In this document: positions 28,301-64,000 of the stretch, one piece after another | Layout: each line of letters opens with the position of its first letter | Position numbering within the stretch: position 1 is the first letter of the stretch | Source of the DNA: Nitrospirales bacterium | GTDB lineage: Bacteria; Nitrospirota; Nitrospiria; Nitrospirales; UBA8639 | NCBI GenBank assembly: GCA_965203295.1 | Contig: CBDBCZ010000019.1 | Span: 64,001-128,000, forward strand | Reading direction: 5' to 3' | Length of the DNA: 64,000 nt | Notes under the pieces: generated by a model | Told to the model about the DNA's origin: nothing | What the model saw: the letters and a program-made list of their open reading frames with translations, nothing else | Database searches by the model: none | Translations under genes and position numbers: made by a program

Positions 28301-29506
28301 CCTCGGCCCCTGCATAGCCAAGCTTATCCCTGGCTGTTTGTTCCAGCAAAGGGGAGGGAAAGGCAAGGTTGATCTTTCTCCGAATAGGAGCCAGGTTCAT
28401 TTGCTGTATATGCATAGGTTTGTATCTGGTAGTGTGTTGAGCTGATGGGACTTGCTTGTTAGCCATGTTCCTAGGCTCCACTCCCCTGCTTTTTATTGCA
28501 CCATGTGGAGCCTGGGAACGAGGCTAGCTAACCAGTCAATGACCCTAGTCTAGCTTCTTAGACGGCTGTCTACCAGTGCAACCTTCTGTACTGCTACATG
28601 TAGGAAAACTATTATATATGTACAGTATAAGCATCCTTGATTACTAATAGTTGACGTCAGTCTCACATGTACCCATGCCCCACTCACACCAAAGGTAGGG
28701 GGTGGGGCCTGGGCACTGGCTAATGTTGGCCATCCTCCACTGCTACTGTGGTCTGTAGACTCCCCTGCCAAGTAAGCCCCGTTTGTGTTTCCTCTGTGTT
28801 CTCACTCAGCCATCCTCCTGGCGCCCGATTTGACCCCGTGAACCCCTTTGGGGTCCCACCCCCTGGCAGATTTCCTGGGAGAGGTGGAGGAGGAGGAGGT
28901 GGAAGATTCTACGGCGAGTAAGTCGAGAGGACTTCTTGCATGCGGTGTCCTCCTCTGTTGTAGATATCTGTTTATGTATTGTCAGTGTTGGAAATGAAGC
29001 GTGAATAGCAGATTGTCATAAGAGTCTTTTCCTTATCCATGGTGGTGGCTGGGAATGAGGCTACGTGGTGTGGTAGTCAAGGGTAGAAGAATGAATATTA
29101 TTTTGTCGTGTTTTGATCATGTCACTGCAACACAATGTATAAATGTAGCATGTCCAAACTGCATAGTAGCATACGAGCCAGAGATACTGCATTTTAAACG
29201 CAGTGACATGATCAAAATGCATGATGGAATGATGTTGGTTGCTACCCGGGACTATCAAGCATTGTAGTAGACGTTGAACTTGTTGCATGCAGCTAGACAT
29301 ATTAACTTTGTTTGTGTAGAGTGATCAGTATTCAGGGCATGATACTAATGCAGGTGTAAGAAAGGGGGATGGAGAGGAGGAGGGAAAAGGGGCAATGCTC
29401 ATCTGAAAGTAAATCCCTCCTCAGGCCCAATCCAGACCACCTGCCGTATGCTGCGGGAGTTAAAGTTATTGGTTCTGTTTATCTGTCATCCAGTGCAGTT
29501 TTGTAA
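22315..29506 (+). CDS. PSMF1: Proteasome inhibitor PI31; exons 22315-22452, 23276-23455, 26686-26777, 27092-27160, 27251-27382, 27766-27816, 28152-28253, 28810-28917, 29425-(29445 or 29506); 3' end uncertain
   Basis: FP domain (DALVVALHASLLSEGFVC, LPPDWNSAHDVYTLQY, FLVKVIPLGEQLLIN) and proline-rich tail (DDPLRVGPPR, PFGIGDGDRLPFG, GMIFDPLR, PPGARFDP, PNPDHLP). Phases are consistent. Confidence 0.88.
22918..23213. mobile_element. MITE with TA-flanked CCGTA...TACGG termini (Tc1/mariner-pogo-like)
   Basis: ta-ccgtattcgctcttattaa ... ttaataagagcggatacgg-ta. Confidence 0.7.
23768..24221. repeat. 30-bp minisatellite, ~15 copies
   Basis: Unit tagttcaaggcaagactcgcgctcctacaa, head-to-tail, no spacers. 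Confidence 0.95.
26013..26637. repeat. 30-bp minisatellite, ~21 copies
   Basis: Unit cctgggtatgagac(c/t)ggtgtggtatgggta. Confidence 0.95.
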
Positions 29507-30871
29507 TTCCACAATTTACAGTGTGAGGGAAGGCCTGGGTACGAGGCTAACTATATTCATGCTGTTGTTTACTGAGTATGAGGCGGATTAATCTGCATGA
29601 GGTGGCTTTGAATAATGTTTATATCTGCATGTTCAGCATAAAACTATATGTACATGTAGCCTCGTCGGATACATATTATCCGAAAAACAAGAAAGAGTTA
29701 AAACTACAGTGAGGATAGATAACGACGCTGCACGCACTACTCTAGTCTGGGGGACCCCGCCCCTCGCGTCGAGAGTCTGGCTACGCGAGACTAGCACTAC
29801 TCGTGGTGTTGGATATAACGACGCTGCACCCACTACTCGTGGTGTTGGATATACAGACCGTGCGCAGAAGCAGAAGTCTCAAGTTCGATCGTCTCGGCGC
29901 ATAACCATAATTATGCCTCGATATAGCCTCGTTCCTAGCCCTCGATATATCTATCCGCCGCCTGGGACGAGGCTCATTGTAGGCAAAGACGCCAGAGGCA
30001 ATTCGCAATATCTGCGAACTATGCCACTAGCATGGCGTCCATCGTTTTTTAATTCGCCGAGCTCGAGAGTGGTGGTGAAGCCGCCGAAGATTCGTCGTTA
30101 TCGATATCGATATCGTGAGATAATGATGATCCTTCAAATGGAAGAGCTCGAGTATTTTGACTAAAAAGTGCAGTAAAGACTTCCATTATGACTATAATTT
30201 ATAATTTGACTGTACATGTATTTTAGGCTGTTTATTTTTGCACCATATAACTTCTTGCTGTTTCGGCATTCTAGTCACAGTTCATATTTCTTGTATGTCC
30301 TGTCACCCACTCCCTGCTGATTCATGTGGATTCTTAGACTAGAACATTCCTTTAACCTCAGCTCGCTTTGTTTTGTATAAGTATTTTCAAGAGTGCATAA
30401 GTTGCAATCCGGTTGCATAAGCTTATCTATTGTTTGCACCGCGCGTAGGTTAATAGTGCACGAGGATGATGCAATCATATCAACGCACGATGCAATAATG
30501 AGCTAGAGCTGGAGGGGTACGGCGACCATATTCATGAGGGCAGGACGAAGGCTTTTTTTGTAGTTATTCGTTGGTTTACAAAATTTTTCACCGGACGACA
30601 GACAATTGGGCCAATCGCCGCATACGCAACGCGCGGGGTAAAACTTTGGATAATGTATTACGCGTGACGTCACACGTAATAATTATAATATTATTATTAT
30701 CCATGGTAAAACAATAATAATATTGTGGAAGATCCTTAAATCTGATTCACTGGACAGACAGATGGACAAAGTCCAAGTTTAAAGTTCAAACATTGATGGT
30801 ACATTGTAGCTATCTGGTTATCACTTCATAGTGCATACTCGTTGTTGTTTAACACAGACTTTTGGTTATAA

Positions 30872-33831
30872 TTAACAGAAGTCCCTCGTGTATGAGAATT
30901 TTTTTCTTTTCAGCATTATACTCTTTCTACAATACATGGGAAAGACGAGACGTGTGTCTCCGAGAGTGGCAATGCACATCGGGTTCTGGAACTGAGAAGG
31001 GTTATTTCCTCGGCTGCCGAAGGAGCTGATGAATTTGCCACTCCTTGAGAAAATGGAAACGCGATGGTTATACATTTCAGCCACGAAAACGTATCCGCTT
31101 TTCTGATCGACCTGGATTCCGACGGGTTCTCTCATCTGCCCCTTGTTCACTCCTCTCTCTCCGAACATCTTCACCAATACATACGTACCATCCTCCTTCT
31201 CGAAACACTGGACTTGGTGTCCCTGGCGCTCGGTTACAAAGATCAGCTCGCGGTTTCCTTCTCCTTGAACTCTCGGCTGCCTGTATATGGAGATACTGCT
31301 TGGATCGTTGAGCATGCCGCCGTGACCCTGCTTCTGTATTATACCCAGAAAGGTACCGTCAGGTTTAAAGTACTGGATCCGGTGATTCAGGGAATCGGTT
31401 GCAAACACAATCGCTTCGGAGTTGATGGCTACCCCGGTCGGGTGGTTGAATTGGCCGTTCTCGCCGCCGGCCTTTCCAGACTCGTTGGCACCGATGAATC
31501 GCACGAACTGACCTTCCAGGGTCACCTCCTGCAGTCGATGGTTGTTCCTCTCCGCCACAACGACGTGGTTGTTGGGGGTGCAGGCCAGGCCTCGCGGAGA
31601 CTTGAATTCCAGCTCTCCTCTTCCTTCCTTGCCGATGGTTAGCAGCAAGTTTCCGTCTTTGCCGAACACCAGCAGACAGTTGGACTCGCTATCGGAAACC
31701 ACGACTCTTTCGTCCTTGCTCACGGCCACTCCCCACGGAGATTTCATCGTGCCTTTTTTGGCAATCGATCTTGTGGCCTCCATGTTGCGATGAGGCGGGG
31801 AGACGATTATGCGATACGACTGCTTCCAGATGACCCTTCCGTTGATGCTTGCAGAGATCGTCAGTCGGTTTGGTCCTCGTGTCTGGGGCTGAACCGTGAT
31901 GGTGTACACACCGTTTTGGCTGTTGGCGACGTGGCACTGGATCGAATCTCCACCGCTCTCCGGCTGAGTCTTGGCCTCAACCTCAATCTCGGGGTGCTCG
32001 TTTGCAAGCCTGTTGCCGACGCTGTCTTGACAGGCGACGGTAAACGTGGTTTTCTTTTTTGCGATAAAGTGCGCGTTTTCTATGTCATTCACCGTGAATG
32101 CATTGGCTTGGGGATCTGTCGCCACCTCTCCGATCATGTTCATCTCCCTGATCCACTTCTCGAAGTCTTCGTTGACGGAAAAACTGATCACGTCATCGTC
32201 GTTTGGCTCAAAGGAATGATTCGTGTAATCGCTGCAGAGGGCATGAAGCCGATCTTCTATCTGCGACTGAAGGAAGAGGAACTCAACTGGTAGGCAATGC
32301 TCGCGGGCGTCTCTGGCAAGTTTCATGCTCGCTTGCAGCTTGGTCTTTACCCTCCCCAGTTCCTCTAAATGGGTGTCCAATCGCAGTTTCTTTCCCTCTC
32401 CGATCTGTTTCACCGTCTGGAGGAGAGTGTCTTTTTGTCTGTCGAGCTCGGCCTTGATTTGATCGCACTGTTGGCAGATCTTCTCTGCAGTGGATCTTTC
32501 CGTTTCTTCCAGCCTGGTTTTCGTAGCGCTGACCGTTTCAATCGCTTTTTCAAACTTCTCTTCTGCGCCCTGCATCTGCTTAGCCGCTTCATCGATCTTT
32601 CCATGGTACTCGTCTATGATATCTTCGGCAAAGCTGTAGTCGTGCGACTTGTGCATATTGATGGTACAGCGAGGGCAGGTAACCGTATCGCAGGTTTTGC
32701 AGTATATCTCCACTTCCTCTCGGCCATGCTTCTCACACTTCCAGGCGTAGTGTCGCACGCCGGTGAACACCTCACTCTCAGTAGCCGTTGGATTGTCTAC
32801 GTGCACCACCTTTCCCAGTTGGACGATGGGATGCTTCTCGGTCTTGCGCGATCGCCTGTGAAAGGTATTACAGGTGGAACAGAGGGAATCGTTGCATACG
32901 GTGCAGAAGAAAACGGCTTTTTCCTTTCCACACTCTTCGCAGATTACGGGAGCAAACTGTTGGTCTGTGTTTGGACCGTCGGGGACGGTGGCAGCCGTGC
33001 CGGTGACCGTATCCTCCAGCTTGAGGTGCTTTACGAGGTTCTTGAACGGGTAGTTGGTTTTGAGACCCGTGACGCCCTCGGGTGGCAGTTTCACTGGAGT
33101 TGTCGGGTCATTGCATAGGGGACACGTGAGGCCATTTTTTGAGCCGCCCAGTCGTTGACCACTTGGTGGCTGTTTCTGGATGCACTGCTCGAGGCATTTT
33201 GTGCAAAACGAATGCAGACAAGGTAGGATCTATAGTGTAGAGGTACATTTCTGTATTACGTAGCTATAATCATAGCAAGAGTCTGCACACGCGGCTATAG
33301 CTACATGTACTATAATATAATTTTTCAAAGCATACTCTCTATGAAGGAATATAAAATAAAAAAAATAGAAGAGCCTGCTAATGTAATTGCAGACAGCTGT
33401 TTGGGCCTCATCAGTACATTGTACGGTGTAGCACCTGTTCTATACGTAGCCTGTGAAGGCTGGTCCAAAAACGAATTATTGTGAGTATAGGTGTTGAAAC
33501 ACATGTATATAACCAAGAAAAAAAATCGTTAGCTCTATTACCACACTCTCACCCTATCCCTCTTCTCTTATATTCCTTATTCTCTCTCCATATAATCTTA
33601 TCCTTTTGTACATATTGTATTCTTTTATGTGGTCTCATAGGCCGTATTTGGCCTGCTGCCATGTGGTGGGACGTAAAAATGATTATCTATCTATCTATCT
33701 ATCTATAGGGAATGCTTGCATGTGAGGGCACACTATTATTATCGTACCTTCGGTTCCTCGAAGAGGCTCTTGCAGATGGTGCAGGTCAGCTCCTGTCGAA
33801 TCTTGCTCAGAGCTGTGCTGCCGGAGGCCAT
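30872..33831 (-). CDS. TRIM-NHL E3 ubiquitin ligase, divergent paralogue C, ~813 aa; exons 33748-33831, 30872-33229
   Basis: MASGSTALSKIRQELTCTICKSLFEEPK|gt...ag|ILPCLHSFCTKC...CPLC RING, two B-boxes, coiled coil, filamin (NGVYTITVQPQTRGP) and NHL repeats. Same phase-0 intron after EPK as copies A and B. Confidence 0.92.
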
Positions 33832-33861
33832 GACTGCAAGCGTTCCTGTAGGTGGGAGGGG

Positions 33862-34098
33862 CTGGTAACTGCATGCCGATCGTACCAGCCCCTCCCTCCT
33901 ACACAACGCCTTACAGCTGCTGCACGTAGGAGAGGCACGCCAAGAATTTAACTCTTTACCAACCAATGACGCATATACTGGTAACTGCATGCCGATCGTA
34001 CCAGCCCCTCCCTCCTACACAACGCCTTACAGCTGCTGCACGTAGGAGAGGCACGCCAAGAATTTAACTCTTTACCATACCAATGACGTTATATACTT
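33862..34098. repeat. 2 x ~116-bp direct duplication immediately upstream of the TRIM C start
   Basis: ctggtaactgcatgccgatcgtaccagcccc... at 33862 and 33978. Confidence 0.85.
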
Positions 34099-35683
34099 TA
34101 TGTGTTATGTATAATACGGGACAGACAGAAAGACAGACAGACAGACAGACAGAGAAAATATAATTATGAGCTCCCATAAGCGCTAAGCCCATATGAATTT
34201 ATATGGGGGTTTAATACTAGGCGTTAATACTTTGTACAGGCTTTTCTGCTTCTTTAAGCTGTTTCTTATGGTTGGTAAAGGGTTAATATTTAGCTCCACG
34301 CTCTTTTACGGTAGCATAGGTACTATATTATATCTATGACAGTATGAAGGCGGTTTCGCCAAAGATTAAAGTGCTTATTTATATCTACACGTGTAAGTAT
34401 GGTTTTGCAATACAGGCCCATACATATGGACAGTACACATATATACATACACTGTCATAACTACCATATAAACATACTAAAGGGTCATAACTCAGACTGG
34501 ACTGGATATTAAAAGAAAATGAAACAGAAATACTGTACAAAGGGGCTACATGTGAATATATTACAGTTGAAACTAAAACCCCATATTTAAATGCAAAGGA
34601 GGCTTGAAAATTTAAACGAAACATGCAACCAGTTGCTTTGCCTTGCCAATGAAGGATCTTTTGTTGTCTAACTGATGCCTTACAAGTATGCACAAGTCAA
34701 GTAGAGAGTACCTTCCATTCCACTAGCCTCCATCATCAGAGTACATCTACTGTCAATGCTTCCATACACTCCCCTAAGCTCTCAAGCCTGCATCATTCTC
34801 CTAGTTACCACTGGAATGTAGCGCCTGTAAATTCTACCTGGACAACTGGCAGCCTCTTTGTGGTATTTTCAGACCGTACGTAGTGATTTAAAGAACACAT
34901 TGAAATACCCGTTGCAATTTAATACTCTTTTATTGGCTTCCCAACTTCATGCACACAGCTATCGTTGTGTTGGCAGTAGAAGTATACATGACATTGTACA
35001 GCAGCCCCCAGTGGCTGACCTACAGTATATTAATTGACTCAGAAGTTTATCAGGCCACATACATGTACGTACAGGGAGTTATAGGGTATCACAAGTGCAT
35101 ATGGTCTGTTTTATGTGGCAGAGAGTTGAGAATTTGTGCTGCGGAATTATCCAAATATCACGTACAGGCCTCCAACCAGCCAGCAAGCTTCTCCTCTTGC
35201 TGGAAGGAGAGTGTCTGGTGTGCACCAATTGGATCCGGGCCCTGCTCCACGTTTTGACAGTAAAATGAACTTGCAATTGATTGCCTACTGCACTTGCAAT
35301 ACTTTCAAGACTTGTTATTCTCCCCTTCAGGCTTGATAGCTAAAACATAGTGTTGTTTTAGATAACTAAAACTAAAAACGAAGTGTTTTAGTAAGAGCAA
35401 AAAAAAAAAGACTTAAAGGTGGGAATAAACTACTGCACCAAAATTAGCCATTTAGTTCTGGTTAAATGATATTAACAATGTTTTAGTAATCCTCTTTTTA
35501 TTTTAGTTGGCTAACTAAAATTATTAAACATTCGTTCTTATTAGCTAGAAAAAATAGAAATCTGAGTACAAGAAATTCGAAATAACAAGCAACACATGAC
35601 CAGTTTTCAAACACAATTGAGTCTACCAGCTAGCTAGTGCTACAGCCCTAGCCTCGTTCCCAAGCCAGCGCTGCCTAGCAATT

Positions 35684-41301
<5,618 letters not shown>

Positions 41302-41449
41302 ACTTTATTGCAGTGCTGGTCTCGTTCCCATGCTCCTGCAGAACTGGAATGAGACACAGAGCTCTATTCTGGCGGGTTCACCGCGTACCGAGGTGCAGTA
41401 CAGAAAAGAAGCTGCTCCGATATTCGGCGATCGTAGGCGAAACGGCGCT
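41302..41449. promoter_or_regulatory. Bidirectional promoter between ALDH8A1 and the CEP97-like gene (148 bp between ATGs)
   Basis: Divergent start codons at 41301 (-) and 41450 (+); CpG-rich. Confidence 0.7.
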
Positions 41450-63480
<22,031 letters not shown>

Positions 63481-63531
63481 GTGAGTCAGCCCAAAAGACT
63501 ATTAGACATTAGCATCTATGAAATGGTACAC

Positions 63532-63921
63532 TAGGGTTAGGGATAAGTTTGGGTTAGGGTTTGGGTTAGCGAGGGTTAGGGTTAGGGACGGGTAGTATGG
63601 TTAGGGAAAGGTTAGTAGGGTTAGGGTTAGGGTAAGGTTAGGGTTAGCGAGGGTTAGGGTTAGGGATAGGTAGGGTTAGGGATAGGGTGGGGTTTGGTAT
63701 AGGGTAGGGTTAGGGTTAGCGTTAGGGATAGGTTAGGATGAGCGAGGGTTAAGGATATTAGGGTTAGTGAGAGTTAGGGTTAGGGATAGGTAGGGTTAGG
63801 GATAGGTAGGGTTAGGGATAGGGTGGGGTTAGGTATAGGGTAGGGCTAGGGTTAGCATTAGGGATAGGTTAGGATGAGCGAGGGTTAAGGATATTAGGGT
63901 TAGTGAGAGTTAGGGTTAGGG
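63532..63921. repeat. Degenerate (TTAGGG)n-rich tract
   Basis: Direct reading; intronic and followed by unique sequence. Confidence 0.8.
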
Positions 63922-64000
63922 AAAGAATATAGTTTGATTTGCTGGTTGTATTCACCCTTGCTGGTTTTGCTGGCTTGATTTTGCACCTGACGTGACCTTC

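Noticed and set aside
29642..29659. NYMYM* as the missing PI31 HbYX exon
   Set aside because: An in-frame TAA lies immediately upstream, and the nearby AG gives the wrong phase.
33628..33706. Possible retroposon 3' end with an (ATCT)n tail in the TRIM C intron
   Set aside because: Single short instance with no ORF or TSD that I could confirm.
63532..63921. Possible chromosome end
   Set aside because: The repeats are degenerate and followed by unique sequence inside an unfinished gene.

Overview
Compact, intron-rich animal genomic DNA. The gene and repeat style suggests an early-branching metazoan such as a sponge, but that is an inference. In order, the window holds: (1) a ~7.1 kb tandem duplication (767-7954 / 7964-15014), each unit carrying an uncharacterised alpha-helical gene, a two-exon TRIM-NHL gene (RING-Bbox-Bbox-coiled coil-filamin-NHL) and the 3' exons of a PRL phosphatase; (2) the complete PTP4A/PRL gene (-), whose 5' leader encodes a short uORF ending WCQAQHD; (3) PSMF1/PI31 (+), divergent from PTP4A, with no visible HbYX terminal exon; (4) a third, divergent TRIM-NHL gene (-); (5) ALDH8A1 (-), head-to-head with (6) a CEP97-like LRR/IQ gene (+) that gains extra IQ motifs and an FN3-like exon and runs off the window. 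Introns contain many MITEs, minisatellites built from one TIR motif, microsatellites and interstitial telomere-like tracts. One MITE group has TAG...CTA ends and 9-bp target-site duplications. No CRISPR, rRNA or tRNA was seen. All gene models were assembled by eye from GT-AG boundaries and frame continuity, with no database searches.
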